A stretch of DNA of 64,000 nucleotides from a virus: positions 1-64,000 of IMG/VR virus record IMGVR_UViG_3300008952_003220. The stretch is one strand, 5' to 3'. The translations under genes and the position numbers were made by a program. Below the pieces are notes generated by a model. That model was not told the origin of the DNA. It did not search any database and was given only the letters and a program-made list of their open reading frames with translations. Numbering within the stretch: position 1 is the stretch's first letter; each line of letters opens with the position of its first letter. Positions 1 through 11,400 of this stretch are shown here, one piece after another.

Positions 1-153
1 GATAGATTTAAGGTTCTAATTGATACTACTACTACAACACAGGCTGATATTGAGAATAACACAATTAGAGGAAAGATATTCTTGCAACCTACAAGAACAG
101 CAGAATTTGTTGCACTTGACTTTGTGGTAACAAATGCTGGCACAGAAGTATGA
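1..153 (+). CDS. Tail sheath protein, C-terminal end (partial, not in ORF track)
   Basis: Frame 1 reads DRFKVLIDTTTTTQADIENNTIRGKIFLQPTRTAEFVALDFVVTNAGTEV*, typical of a gp18-like sheath C-terminus; lies directly upstream of the tube gene. Confidence 0.9.
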   Translation, partial: DRFKVLIDTTTTTQADIENNTIRGKIFLQPTRTAEFVALDFVVTNAGTEV

Positions 154-216
154 ATTGGAAGAAAAGTAAAATAACAAGATAGTTATATATGGAAAACACT
201 TTAGGAGAATTAGAAA

Positions 217-708
217 ATGGCTGAAACACTGTCCGTCACAGACATGCTTCCCAATAAATTTGAGCCGAAAAGACAATTTCGGTGGGTTTTTGCTATCGAA
301 GGAATTGATTCATTCCTGATGAAGACAGCAAACAGGCCGCAGATGTCTATTGAATCTCTTGAGATTCCTTTTATCAACTCTAAGAGATATCTGGCAGGTC
401 GAATGACATTTCAGACTATGGGAATAACACTTCACGACCCCATAGCGCCCTCTGGTGCTCAGCAGGTCATGGAGTGGATTAGAACAACTTATGAATCAGT
501 CTCTGGTAGGGCTGGATATGCAGATTTCTATAAAAGAGATTGTCAGATCAAGCTTCTGGATCCAATCGGGACTGTTGTAGAGCTTTGGGATATCAAGGGT
601 GCATTTATTACTGATGCTAACTTTAACTCTCTGACATACGAAAATGATTCTAATCCGGTTGATATCTCTTTGACACTTCGTTTTGACAACTGTGTATTGC
701 AGTACTGA
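217..708 (+). CDS. Tail tube protein (T4 gp19-like)
   Basis: 163 aa; FEPKRQFRW, YLAGRMTF, LHDPIAPS, WDIKGAF and LTLRFD motifs; follows the sheath; AGGAG RBS. Confidence 0.88.
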   Translation: MAETLSVTDMLPNKFEPKRQFRWVFAIEGIDSFLMKTANRPQMSIESLEIPFINSKRYLAGRMTFQTMGITLHDPIAPSGAQQVMEWIRTTYESVSGRAGYADFYKRDCQIKLLDPIGTVVELWDIKGAFITDANFNSLTYENDSNPVDISLTLRFDNCVLQY

Positions 709-734
709 TCACTAGATTATTTATAGAATACATT

Positions 735-754
735 AGCCCACCTAGCGGTGGGCT
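735..754 (+). terminator. GC-rich hairpin after the tube gene (terminator or mRNA stabiliser)
   Basis: AGCCCACC-TAGC-GGTGGGCT, with only a weak U-tract. Confidence 0.55.
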
Positions 755-832
755 GATCTATTTCTAATTTTAGATGATGTATTTACTTCTGTTTGCTGAG
801 AGTTAATATTTAAAAGGACACAGGAGTGTAAG

Positions 833-1684
833 TTGGCTAACAGAAAAAAGAGAAATGAGATCTTTACATCAGACGCTGCGAAGGATATGATTCCAAAAAG
901 CAATGTCATGAAAGATGATTTCAACTGGGAGGTCCCAGTCGAAGCTGTACCACTTCCCTCAGAGGGTAAGATATATCCAAAATCACACCCTCTCCATGGC
1001 AAGAAGCTTGTTGAAATTAAGGCAATGACAGCCAAAGAAGAGGATATTCTTGCATCCAGGGCGTTGATTCAACAGGGAACAGTCATCAGTCATCTAATAG
1101 AGTCATGTGTAATTGACTCTGGGATAGATATAGACAGTATGATTCTGGGAGATAGAAATGCACTTATGGTTGCAATTAGAATTACTGGATACGGTTCAGG
1201 ATATACAGCTGAAGTCTCTTGTCAAGAGTGTTCAAAAAAGTCTGAACAGAGATTTAATCTTGCTGAGCTAGAGATAAATAGGCTTTCTATAAATCCATCT
1301 ACTCCTGGTGCTAATGAATTCTCATTTAAGCTTCCAGTAACAGGAAAGACAGTTAATTTTAAATTTCTAACAGGTCAAGATGATTACGACATGAATGTTG
1401 AGGCAAGCAGAAAAAAGAAGATGATGCCTGGAATGAAGCTTGAATCTAGAATTACATCTAAATTATCAAAGCATATTGTCTCTATCGACGGAATGACAGA
1501 TAGAAACAAGATAGGAATGTTTGCTAGCAACATGCCTGCTCAGGATTCTAGAAAGCTAAGACAGTATATTGGAGAACATGAGCCTGGAATTGACATGTCA
1601 TCATGGATGTCTTGCCCGCATTGCGGCGAGGACACGGAGGTAAACCTGCCCTTAGGGGCCAGCTTTTTTTGGCCATCGGACTAG
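833..1684 (+). CDS. Baseplate hub assembly / tail assembly chaperone (T4 gp26-like)
   Basis: LPSEG..Y, MTAKEEDIL, GDRNALMVAIR, two CxxC pairs, C-terminal FFWP; lies between tube and tape measure. Confidence 0.75.
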   Translation: MANRKKRNEIFTSDAAKDMIPKSNVMKDDFNWEVPVEAVPLPSEGKIYPKSHPLHGKKLVEIKAMTAKEEDILASRALIQQGTVISHLIESCVIDSGIDIDSMILGDRNALMVAIRITGYGSGYTAEVSCQECSKKSEQRFNLAELEINRLSINPSTPGANEFSFKLPVTGKTVNFKFLTGQDDYDMNVEASRKKKMMPGMKLESRITSKLSKHIVSIDGMTDRNKIGMFASNMPAQDSRKLRQYIGEHEPGIDMSSWMSCPHCGEDTEVNLPLGASFFWPSD

Positions 1685-1916
1685 CTGGAGAGAAGAGTAT
1701 CTTGAGCAGTGTTTCTTTCTTATGAAGAACCTGGGAATGAGAATTGATGAGATATATAGTCTCCCTGTTACCTACAGGCTTTGGTTTATAGATAAGATTA
1801 TTGAAGGCTTCAAATCTAAGGAAAGTGCTTCTAGAAACACAAGCAGAGGCTCTAGAGCTACACAGACCCTTGATGTTCCATTCGGTGAGATGGGCAAGGG
1901 TTTGGGTGGATCTTAG
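1656..1916 (+). CDS. Chaperone C-terminal extension (gpT-like), probably reached by frameshift; ORF track start is 1722
   Basis: The +1 frame is open from 1656 and reads AFFGHRTSWREEYLEQCFFLMKNLGMRIDEIYSLPVTYRLWF; it overlaps the T7 run at 1664-1670. Confidence 0.65.
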   Translation, partial: GPAFFGHRTSWREEYLEQCFFLMKNLGMRIDEIYSLPVTYRLWFIDKIIEGFKSKESASRNTSRGSRATQTLDVPFGEMGKGLGGS

Positions 1917-1950
1917 TTAGCGTAATACTTATTCTGAGAGGTCGTGTTTT

Positions 1951-4323
1951 ATGGGTAGTTTTGGTGATCAGTTAAGGATTATTGCGGGAATCGAAGACAG
2001 TCTAGTAAGCATTGCGCAGGCTCTTAGAGAGCAGGCTGGCTTACATGCCCTTATCGCTAATTCGATGCAAGATGTCTCGTCTGATGCAGATGAAACGTCT
2101 GACGGTCTAAGAAGACTAACAGAGCAGAGCGGTAGAGCTGCCAACTCGTGGACACACGATCAGCAAACAATTGTTCGAGCAACTGGCGCAGCAGCAACAG
2201 CAACAACAGCTTCCCAGAGCAAAATGACCAAAGGCCTAGATGACATGATTGACAAGGTCGGAGAGTGGTCTGGCAGGTATCGTGATCTATATAGGGGAAT
2301 TCAAGAGTTCTTCGGCGGCGGAATGCGTCTGACAGGTGAATATTATGATGATATGAACGAGCAGTCGAAACTCCTTATTGATACAACCACATACATGGTT
2401 CAACAGTTTAGCGCCCCACAGGACCAGCTTGAGAAGATGTATGGCGACGATAATAACTTAGGCTTACAGGCGATATTTGAGGATGAGGCTGAGGCCTTGT
2501 CATATTTTGAAGCTGTCCTGCAGAGATCAGTCAATACCTATGCGGCCATCGAGATGACCCGCACAAAAGCTGGTCGTGAACAAGTTCGAGACATGGCTCT
2601 GCTTGCCAAGGGCATGGGCTATTCGGCAGACCAGGCAAGCACGTTTGTTCAAAGGCAGATCTCTCTAACCGGAGAAGCTAACATTGAGATGCTGGAGGAT
2701 GCTGCAACTGCCTCAGCTGCAATAGCCAGAGAGTTTGGGATACCTCAAAAGCAGATCTCTAGGGGTCTTGAGGAGATCATAGCAAGCACAGAGAGATTTG
2801 GAAATGTCATGCCTGAGGAGGCAGCACGAATATCAGCTTCTTTGTATAAGATGGGTCTAGACTTTCAAGATCTAGAGCGGTCTGTTGGTCAGTTTCAAAG
2901 TTTTGAAAGCGCTGCTTCGGCTGTTGGAAATCTAACATCTGTCTTTGGTATCAACATGGATGCCATGGAGATGATGATGCTGGCTAATGAGGATCAGGAG
3001 CAGTTCTTGGGTCGAATGAGGTCATCGTTCCTTGATGCGGGTGTCAGTGTTGACACCCTAAATCTGGCTCAGAAGCAGTTGATTAGAGATCAGCTTGGTC
3101 TTTCATCAGTTGAATCTGTAGAGAGGCTGCTGGGACCGCTTGGTGCTGCCACTGAAGAGATTGACAGAATGCAGCAAGCCCAGGAGGGTGTGGGCCCCGA
3201 AGGTTTCGAAGCTGTCAGGCGAGATGTTCTTCTTCTGGCAGATGCAACAGAGGCTCAAAGTGATGAGATTAGAGATTCCCTTCGCCGAGCATTTGGTGCA
3301 GGCATGGTCCAAGAGCTTGTCGACTTTGATAGACAGATCGGAATCACTGGCCAGGTTATCCGTCAGGAGCTTGGAGAGGAAACTTTTCTTGCTCTTGGTG
3401 CCGGAGCTGAAACGCTTGAGAGACTTCTCGGCGTGTCTCCAGACACCTTCCTTGGGCAGCTAGGCGGTCTTATTGAGGGTCTGGGCAGAGCAATTGCAAC
3501 AGCAATCGAGGCTGGATTCGGTGCAATCAATGATATCATAGGGGGACTGGGATTACCCGCAATCCCAGGTGTCTCTTCTCTTGGCAATGAATACATTGAT
3601 TCACTTGAGCATACACTTGACAGTGCAGACACAGCTATAGCAGATCACTATGATACATGGTCTGAATCTGCTGAGGGTAATCGAGCTACATCACTGACAT
3701 CTCCCTACACAAGGGACCACGGTCAGTATCTAGAATCAATGCTATACATCACTAGAGAAAGCGAGACTGCGACTCAGCAGTTGATGGATCACTTTGCTGA
3801 TGCAGATAGGGGCTTAGGCAGTCTTACACAGAGACAGATGGATGGATCTCTTGCTCGGGGTAGGTGGCTACAACGCACTGCCCAGGAGTACATCAGACTT
3901 GGCGATATAACTGACGAAGGCCTTAGACATCTATTTGGCGGAGCTGCTGTTCGATCGGGATTTGCTCAAGAACAATTTGACCGCATGCTGACTATGGATT
4001 CAGCCCAGGAGCGGGCTACAGCGGTTGCAGATCTTGTAACAAGGAGAACACTGGAAGGATTTAATGGAGGCAGGGCTCTTGTCCCGGAAGGTGGAGATGC
4101 TGTAGCAGGCGGCGAAGGGGGCACAGCTGAAGGCGGAGGTCGCGGTACCGCCGGGTCAGATCGTGATCCATCAGTTCAAGTCAACCTTGTTGTCGATGGT
4201 AATACTCTTGCTAGCGCCCTCTTTACACCCGGGAGCAATGGTCTTTTGCCACGAATCATGGAGGGCATCCTGAGAGAGGGAGCAGGTCCAGACGGTGAGA
4301 CAGTTCAAACGAGAAGATCCTGA
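1951..4323 (+). CDS. Tape measure-like protein
   Basis: 790 aa, helical, A/G/Q/E-rich; canonical position after the chaperones. Confidence 0.75.
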   Translation: MGSFGDQLRIIAGIEDSLVSIAQALREQAGLHALIANSMQDVSSDADETSDGLRRLTEQSGRAANSWTHDQQTIVRATGAAATATTASQSKMTKGLDDMIDKVGEWSGRYRDLYRGIQEFFGGGMRLTGEYYDDMNEQSKLLIDTTTYMVQQFSAPQDQLEKMYGDDNNLGLQAIFEDEAEALSYFEAVLQRSVNTYAAIEMTRTKAGREQVRDMALLAKGMGYSADQASTFVQRQISLTGEANIEMLEDAATASAAIAREFGIPQKQISRGLEEIIASTERFGNVMPEEAARISASLYKMGLDFQDLERSVGQFQSFESAASAVGNLTSVFGINMDAMEMMMLANEDQEQFLGRMRSSFLDAGVSVDTLNLAQKQLIRDQLGLSSVESVERLLGPLGAATEEIDRMQQAQEGVGPEGFEAVRRDVLLLADATEAQSDEIRDSLRRAFGAGMVQELVDFDRQIGITGQVIRQELGEETFLALGAGAETLERLLGVSPDTFLGQLGGLIEGLGRAIATAIEAGFGAINDIIGGLGLPAIPGVSSLGNEYIDSLEHTLDSADTAIADHYDTWSESAEGNRATSLTSPYTRDHGQYLESMLYITRESETATQQLMDHFADADRGLGSLTQRQMDGSLARGRWLQRTAQEYIRLGDITDEGLRHLFGGAAVRSGFAQEQFDRMLTMDSAQERATAVADLVTRRTLEGFNGGRALVPEGGDAVAGGEGGTAEGGGRGTAGSDRDPSVQVNLVVDGNTLASALFTPGSNGLLPRIMEGILREGAGPDGETVQTRRS

Positions 4324-4339
4324 TAATGGAATATAGCCA

Positions 4340-4564
4340 ATGAGTTTAAAAGATAAGACACTTTCTAGCCAGACATTTTTAGACTCTCTGGGCTCTCTTA
4401 GCGAAGAAGAGTCACAGTTTGTCCAAAAGGATGTTGGAGTATTTGCTGATGATCTACAGGAGATGATTTTTTTATTATCTTCTCACATTAGATCTCAACA
4501 CGGTTCAGAAAGTCTAATTGAAGCTTTAAATGAACTTCTTTCTTCGAGGAGTGAAAATGTCTAG
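4340..4564 (+). CDS. Small hypothetical tail-region protein
   Basis: 74 aa ORF tightly packed in the operon. Confidence 0.6.
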   Translation: MSLKDKTLSSQTFLDSLGSLSEEESQFVQKDVGVFADDLQEMIFLLSSHIRSQHGSESLIEALNELLSSRSENV

Positions 4565-7500
4565 AGAAAAACTAAAGGACTTTCTTACCTCTGGAGGCGT
4601 GAGCTCAACTTCTGATAGATTGACATTTACATTGACAGATAGAGATGGCGACGGTATGATTGGCTATCGTGATGATCTTGCTGTTGATCCAGGAACAGGT
4701 GATAAGCTTCTAGATCTTGACAGTAGTTCTACTGGTCTATTGGGAGATTTTTTAAAGTTTATTGTTGATGATGCTAAGAATAACTTTAAGATCAATGGTG
4801 GAAATTTTGAAGCGCCTTCATCCAATCGTGGTGATTCACTGACACCTGCTGAGGTTCAAGGATCTGAAGATATTTTCGTTAGAGCTGGGACAGATATCGG
4901 TAGTGAGTTTAGTAGATACTCTAACAGCGGAAAGTTTGACGATACTTCAAAGACGCTGTCACAGATTATCAATAAGACAGGTCCTGACGACCAGAGCTCT
5001 CATCGATTGCTTTCCAGCATTCAGGGATCAGAAATTGATGAAACTGGAAAAACGCTAGCAGACACTTCTGATGAAGGGCAGAGTGATGCAACTAGGTCCG
5101 CGCAGCAGATCCTTATGAACTATAACAGATTCAATCCAGCTCCCAGCGGTAAGGCATACTCTCAGATCCCGATACATGAGGAGGATTTTGAGTCAGGCGT
5201 GAATGATTCAGGAACAGCAACATCTCAGCGTGACTTTGGAAGTTTTGATCCTGCAGGTGTTCAGATTGTTATGGATAAACTTAAAAGTGTTGGATCTTCA
5301 CTTCTTTTAAAGGCTGCTGGATGGGATTCAGCTATAAACCCAGCTATGAGTGCTGATCCTGGTAATTTTGATTTTGACTCTGCTTCAAATCCTGATCCGG
5401 CTGATGGATCTAGAGGCATTGATTCCGAGACTTTGCGATCTAAAAACGCAGCCGGTGCACCTGAGATGCCGCTTGGAACTTCAACAAGAACTGGTCGGGG
5501 GGAATTCCTAAGCCTTTCTGACCTTTCACAGTCAACACCTTCGTATGGAACAACAACAACTTACGGAACACAGTTTAGCTCAGCTAATAATTCGATTCTT
5601 AGGGCACAGGCAGTGGGAGCCATCATAGCTATGATGGAAGCATGCCAGACTTTATTTGGACTAGTAGATGAGCTTGTAAAAAATAAAGAAGGTAGTGGAC
5701 CGATTGCTGAGCTAGGTCGAGGCCCATACGCAATGGGAGAGTCAAATCCCTCACTAACAGCAAGATTTACACTGCTTCAAAGGCTTGTCCTTGTCAAGAC
5801 AGAACATGACTATGTGAAATGTGCTAAAGCGGGTGTTAAGATATTCTTTTCTGATGGCGCTAAGTTTCAAGGAGGATCAACAGATACAAAAATATCAGAT
5901 TATCAGCATGTGCAAGAGGCTCCTGGATTCTGGCTAGCGATTGCTCGTACAGTCATAAGATCAACTAGTACAATTAGGTCTGGAATTGATTCTGCACTTT
6001 CTAACTCGTTTGACTCTAGCTCAATTTCAAACTTAATAATGTCTTTGGGAAAATCTAAGATTATTGGATTTATGAATGTAGCAGCAACTGTAGGCGATTC
6101 AATGCTTAAGCTTACAGGAGGAAATCCTGATATCATGAACATAGCAGAGACATCAGGACCAAGAGATGTTGACTCTCTTCCTAACTCTCCTGCTACGAGA
6201 ATAGCCAAGAGCAGAGCTGGCGATGGGGCGTCTGCTGTGTCGCTAGCGTGGAGAGGATCTTCAGTTCCTAGTATGTATACTCTTCCGACAAATGTTATAA
6301 ATGCTGCAACCAAGATGGGAACAGTCTTTGCTGGTACAAATCCAGCTCGAGGAATGCTAGGTTCCAGACTCGTTACAAAGACTTATGTAGATCCAAATGC
6401 TGAAGGATACAATGCAAGAATAAGGGGAGACATAGTTGAAAGAATGGAAAACACACTTGATGCTGAGTATGTTCCATTTTATTTTCATGACCTAAGGACT
6501 AATGAGATAGTTGCTTTTCACGCATTTCTTAAAAATCTTACTGAAAGCTATTCAGCTCAGTACGGAGAGACAACAGGGTATGGTAGAATAGACCCAGTCC
6601 TGACGTATAATTCAACTAAGCGGTCTCTTAGCTTGACATTTGCTGTTGCTGCAACTTCTAAAGATGATTTTGATGAGATGTGGTGGAAGATTAATAAAAT
6701 TATTACACTTATCTATCCACAGTGGACAGAGGGAATGAGAGTAGCAAACCCAAGCAATGATTCTACTTTTATTGTTCCATTTAGCCAGGTCTTAGGCGCT
6801 TCTCCGATGATAAGACTAAGAATCGGAGACGTTATTAAGAGCAACTATTCTAAGTTTAATCTAGCTAGACTTTTTGGAGTGGGAAATACAGACATTAATC
6901 CCAAGCCTATAAGCGAGAGTGATTCTCTTTTTTCTTCTGGTCTGGGATCTGGAAATGTCATGTCAGCTATTGATGGATTTTTAAATACATTATTCTATCT
7001 TAGCTTTGGAAGCCCAGTTTCACTTATTGACGGTTCAGGATTTTTAGCATCAGCTGGTCAGGCACTTCTATCAGAGATCTCTGTTAACGGGTTTGCCAAT
7101 CCTGCGGGGGTAGCACTTACACTGAGAGCTCAGACAGATCCAGACACTGTGATAAATTCAAGTGCTGGTGCCAGCTCTCTTTCAGGCCAGATTACAGCAA
7201 CTGCGCTTAATACTCTTGGAAGCAATACAGATCTATTTGGGTATAGGACATTTGGAATCCATTATCTTAAACCAAATCAGAATAAGGGCTATACACTTGT
7301 TGATGATGATTCTAGGTCTCCAGTCGGGACACGCTTTCACACTATGAGATCAGTCAGGGTGATGGTGATTGGTCGAGAGAAAGCAGCTAGCATGAAGTGG
7401 GATAGAGAAAAATCTATTCTTGAAAACAAAAGTGATGCTAACGCAAATTCATCTTTCAAGGGTCCAGCCCGATCTGGTCAGGCTTCTCAAAAAACGTATT

Positions 7501-8093
7501 ACAAGGTTATGGTTATTGATCTAAACGCACCTATTGACATGTTTGGATCTGTTTTTAAGGTCACACACACTGATATAACAACAAACTATTCATCAATCTT
7601 TGCAACGTCAGCTGGGCCTCTTCTTGCAGGTGTAGGGGGTACAGCTGATGCAGCCGCTGAAGCTCTTACAAGAGCAGCTGCATCATCAATTGGAATTCCA
7701 GCTGATGAGATAAATTTCTTTCAGTCTGATACAGAAAAGTTTATGAGCTCTGAAAATAATGCTATCGTTCGTGCATTTGAATCTACAAGGGGACGAGGGC
7801 TGCCTGGGTTTGTTAGAAGCATACAGCTAGACTGGCTTAAGGGAACGTGGGAGACAGATTGGAATTCTCGAGCACCAAAGTACGCTGAGATCACTATTCA
7901 GTTTGATGTTGTTCATGATATTCCGCCCGGAATCGACTATAGCGGATATAATAGGGCACCTAACTATAATGTTGGAGATATTATGAGATCTGTTGCAGGT
8001 GATTCGTATGACGACGATGGCGCTGCTTCAGAGGATACCTGGAGAGCAGCTGGAACTTCTGGATTTAGATCAACAAGAGAGACAGATAATTAA
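4557..8093 (+). CDS. Large baseplate/tail protein with a tube-initiator-like (gp48/gp54-type) domain
   Basis: GAGGAG RBS before ATG 4557; FHAFLKNLTESYSAQY..GYGRIDPV..YNSTKRSLSLTF and PMIRLRIGD; late PGFVRSIQLDW. Confidence 0.6.
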   Translation: MSREKLKDFLTSGGVSSTSDRLTFTLTDRDGDGMIGYRDDLAVDPGTGDKLLDLDSSSTGLLGDFLKFIVDDAKNNFKINGGNFEAPSSNRGDSLTPAEVQGSEDIFVRAGTDIGSEFSRYSNSGKFDDTSKTLSQIINKTGPDDQSSHRLLSSIQGSEIDETGKTLADTSDEGQSDATRSAQQILMNYNRFNPAPSGKAYSQIPIHEEDFESGVNDSGTATSQRDFGSFDPAGVQIVMDKLKSVGSSLLLKAAGWDSAINPAMSADPGNFDFDSASNPDPADGSRGIDSETLRSKNAAGAPEMPLGTSTRTGRGEFLSLSDLSQSTPSYGTTTTYGTQFSSANNSILRAQAVGAIIAMMEACQTLFGLVDELVKNKEGSGPIAELGRGPYAMGESNPSLTARFTLLQRLVLVKTEHDYVKCAKAGVKIFFSDGAKFQGGSTDTKISDYQHVQEAPGFWLAIARTVIRSTSTIRSGIDSALSNSFDSSSISNLIMSLGKSKIIGFMNVAATVGDSMLKLTGGNPDIMNIAETSGPRDVDSLPNSPATRIAKSRAGDGASAVSLAWRGSSVPSMYTLPTNVINAATKMGTVFAGTNPARGMLGSRLVTKTYVDPNAEGYNARIRGDIVERMENTLDAEYVPFYFHDLRTNEIVAFHAFLKNLTESYSAQYGETTGYGRIDPVLTYNSTKRSLSLTFAVAATSKDDFDEMWWKINKIITLIYPQWTEGMRVANPSNDSTFIVPFSQVLGASPMIRLRIGDVIKSNYSKFNLARLFGVGNTDINPKPISESDSLFSSGLGSGNVMSAIDGFLNTLFYLSFGSPVSLIDGSGFLASAGQALLSEISVNGFANPAGVALTLRAQTDPDTVINSSAGASSLSGQITATALNTLGSNTDLFGYRTFGIHYLKPNQNKGYTLVDDDSRSPVGTRFHTMRSVRVMVIGREKAASMKWDREKSILENKSDANANSSFKGPARSGQASQKTYYKVMVIDLNAPIDMFGSVFKVTHTDITTNYSSIFATSAGPLLAGVGGTADAAAEALTRAAASSIGIPADEINFFQSDTEKFMSSENNAIVRAFESTRGRGLPGFVRSIQLDWLKGTWETDWNSRAPKYAEITIQFDVVHDIPPGIDYSGYNRAPNYNVGDIMRSVAGDSYDDDGAASEDTWRAAGTSGFRSTRETDN

Positions 8094-8104
8094 GGTGGAT
8101 AAAA

Positions 8105-8401
8105 ATGGCAACAAGCAGATATGAGTTTACACGTCGAATTAAGGGCGGCCGTGCTATTGGGACCATTAAGGGTCTAAGAAAGCTATATTTTGGAGTTAAT
8201 AGGGGAGTTATTCCTAGCAGATCTGTTACAATTAAAGAAGGACAGCGTCTTGATCATATTGCTGGAAGAGCGTACGGAGACTCAGGACTTTGGTGGGTAA
8301 TAGCAGCTGCATCTGGAATAGGGTGGGGATTGCAAGTTCCACCCGGAACTATACTTAAGATCCCAATTGATTTATCAAAAGTATTTTCACTAGTCAGGTG
8401 A
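8105..8401 (+). CDS. LysM-like baseplate wedge / tail X protein
   Basis: EGQRLDHIAGRAYGDSGLWWVIAAAS..VPPGTILKIP. Confidence 0.8.
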   Translation: MATSRYEFTRRIKGGRAIGTIKGLRKLYFGVNRGVIPSRSVTIKEGQRLDHIAGRAYGDSGLWWVIAAASGIGWGLQVPPGTILKIPIDLSKVFSLVR

Positions 8402-8410
8402 GGCAAGATA

Positions 8411-11400
8411 TTGGCTAAAAAACACAGCTCTTCAACAATACACCAGTCAGCTCTTGGTGAGCTTCGCGGTTTTTTCGGATTTCAGTCGAATTCTGATTTA
8501 ATTAGTCTTGCGACAGGCATTCAGGCAGGTGGTGATGAATCAGCAGTCTCTCAGGCCCAGGTCGGGCTTGTTGGAAACTTAGGAGGCCAGGGAAATACAG
8601 TTGTTCAAGATGGGTACTCAGACGAAGTACAGGCAATTATGAGCCTTCTTCTTGATGTAACAGAAGGTGCTTACTACACTTATAACTTTACCACAGAGAC
8701 TGAATTAAAGCAGACTTTAGCTGAAATTCCACAAGGTGGAGTTGAAGAGGGCACACACGCCTTCGGCATACAGAGTTTTGTTCAAATAGTACACGAAGGT
8801 CCTTTAACTATTGATGCTTTTCATGTCATAAAACATGAACGCCAGGATGATGAAGGTAGGACTGTCAGTCAGAAAATGAGCAGGATAGTTGCACCTGCAA
8901 AACAAGGCACAGCTGGGAGCTATGACGGTCTTTGTTCAGAAGAAGAAGTCGGTATAAATATTGGATCTGCAACAAGACCTAACAAAATTTCTTCTCCTTC
9001 TCTTTCAGCTTATCTATTTCCAAGTCTTAGAATTGGACCCCAGACACGTGATACGGATTCGGTTGGAATCTTTGCTAATTCAATTCCCAATGTAGAGCTA
9101 AGCAGATGTGTTCCGTATATTAATATGACATTTTATACCGATCTTCCGGGTGAAAATGTCCAGGCTGATAAGAACGGCCAGATGGGAATTTTAAGATTCT
9201 TGGGTGCTGTTGACCACGGCCCAACACCAACTAGTCTTGACAATACCGGTCTGGCAAACGTTACTCCAGATATTGTTTTTCAACAAATTGAAGGAGATGA
9301 CCTTGCAGGTGATATTCTAGACAGCGCGGGAATGGATACCGGCGATCAGACTAGAGTTGGATTTGCAGGAATGGAGATGTTCACAGCACCAATGACGCTT
9401 GCTAATGCCGATATGAATGCTAGTGGCTATGTGGCTTCTCACTATGGAAACAAAGAGATCCTGGATCCCCTTAGGCCTCTCCTTTCACTCACATCATTGA
9501 CTGTTAGAATAGATGGAACTGGTCATGCAGCGCTTGCTTCAAAAAAAGCTTCAGTTAGCATGAAGCTCCACGATAGATCTAGAATGTCTGATATAGCACC
9601 CATGATATCTGCAGATAGATTTGCAAATACACACGTTATTGTTGAGTACGGGTGGAAGCATCCTGACGGAGGATTTAATAGTAACAATGTATACGGTAGG
9701 TTTCTGGATAGTCTTAAGCTTAAAGATGCTTTCAACATCACACACACGAATATGTCTATTAATAATACCGGTGAAGTTGATATTACAATGGAGCTGGCAA
9801 ACTTAGGAACTTTTGCAGCTGTTACAGCTCCAATTGTAGCAGGAAGATTTATTCCTCTTTCAATTGCTAAGTCGTTAATAGACAGATATATTTCAGGGTT
9901 AATGAGCATTAATAATTCGCAGGTAGGCTCAGTTTTAACAGATATTAGAAATAAGTTTGAGGTGGGCGTCGGCGATGCTGCTGGATCCTCTGCAATTGTT
10001 AGGAGGTCAATAGTATCAGATATAGTTCAAAATGTTAGAAGTGGCAATATTTCTGAGCTATCACAGATCATAGAAGATCTCGTAGGTGAAGACGGAACAG
10101 GCGGAGCACTGTCTGACTCTGCAGACTCTATTGGATCAGAAATAGGTAATAAGCTTGCCGCCCTAGACATCAACATCGGCGGAGATATAGATGTGTTTTG
10201 GCATCAGGGCATGTTTCAAAGGCTTATTAACTTTACATATGGATCGGAAGATTCATCAGCACACTCTGAAGCTAACAGCGATGTTTATGTATCTCTTGGA
10301 AGAGTTGTTTGTAGCTTTATAGGTTACCCTATTGCTTCTTGCCTTGCTTTTGATGAAGTTCAGGTTATGTTTTATTCTTTCAATAGTCAGGCCGGTTCTA
10401 TGAGACCTTATTCTACATGCCACTTTCCAATTAAAATTGCGAAGCTCACAGGGCTTATAGATCAGATGGCTTACGGGTCAGATGGAGGTGAGCTAGGTCG
10501 AACACCAACGACAGCAGATATGATGTCTATTCTTACAGAGCTGGTTTCAAATCCAAACGATCTTGCGTATGGGATGTCAAATCTATATGAAGAGTATAGG
10601 AGCGGAGAGCAAGAGTCAGAAGCTGTTAACAAAATGTCAGAAGCTGAGCGAGAGGCATATAATGAGAGCCGACAGGTAGCTGAGGATCTGCTGTCGAGCA
10701 GTCAGTCTAGCAAGCTAGAGTCAATTTATCTTGATGACGGTCTCGGAGGTACAGGAGATTTTAAACAGCCCCAGCTGGAATTTTATCTTGAGGCAGTTCC
10801 CGCTCTAACACTAGACGATGAAGGGACAAGAGGTGTCGTAGAGGGCTCTACGATTCTTAGGATTCATGTCTTTGATAAGTCTGCATCTCCTCACGTATCT
10901 GAGCTCTTTATGTTAAGAATGGCAAATGATTCAGAGATTGCCTCAAGGTATAATCAGGTAGCCGCTTCTGAAGAGAGACTTTCTTCTTCTGAAGAATCTC
11001 TTTCTAGAGCCGAAGGTGATCCTGCACGACAACTCACACTCTCCAATCTAAGAGATATAGATGAGGAAGCTTATACTGCTGCCAGCAGTAATTTTACATC
11101 ATACGTTAATTCGTTACCGTCCTGGGTTATAAAAGAGGCGATAAAGACAACTGTGCCTAGCATAACTATGGGATCAATGTTTAATGCAATAAAAAATGTA
11201 TCTGTTAACTCAACAACAAGCGGAGCTGTCGGGAGAGAAAGGCTTATAACAGCAACATTAGATCGGGCGGATAATCAAGAGATGCAAGGTGCTGGCAGTA
11301 ATGTTGATGATATATTTGTCATTCCTGCTACGCTTGATATAAAGATGTTTGGAATGCCGCTTCTTAACTATTCTCAGCAGTTTTTTATTGATCTAGGGAC

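Noticed and set aside
16-276. Minus-strand 86-aa ORF
   Set aside because: It is antisense to the sheath C-terminus (1-153) and the tube start
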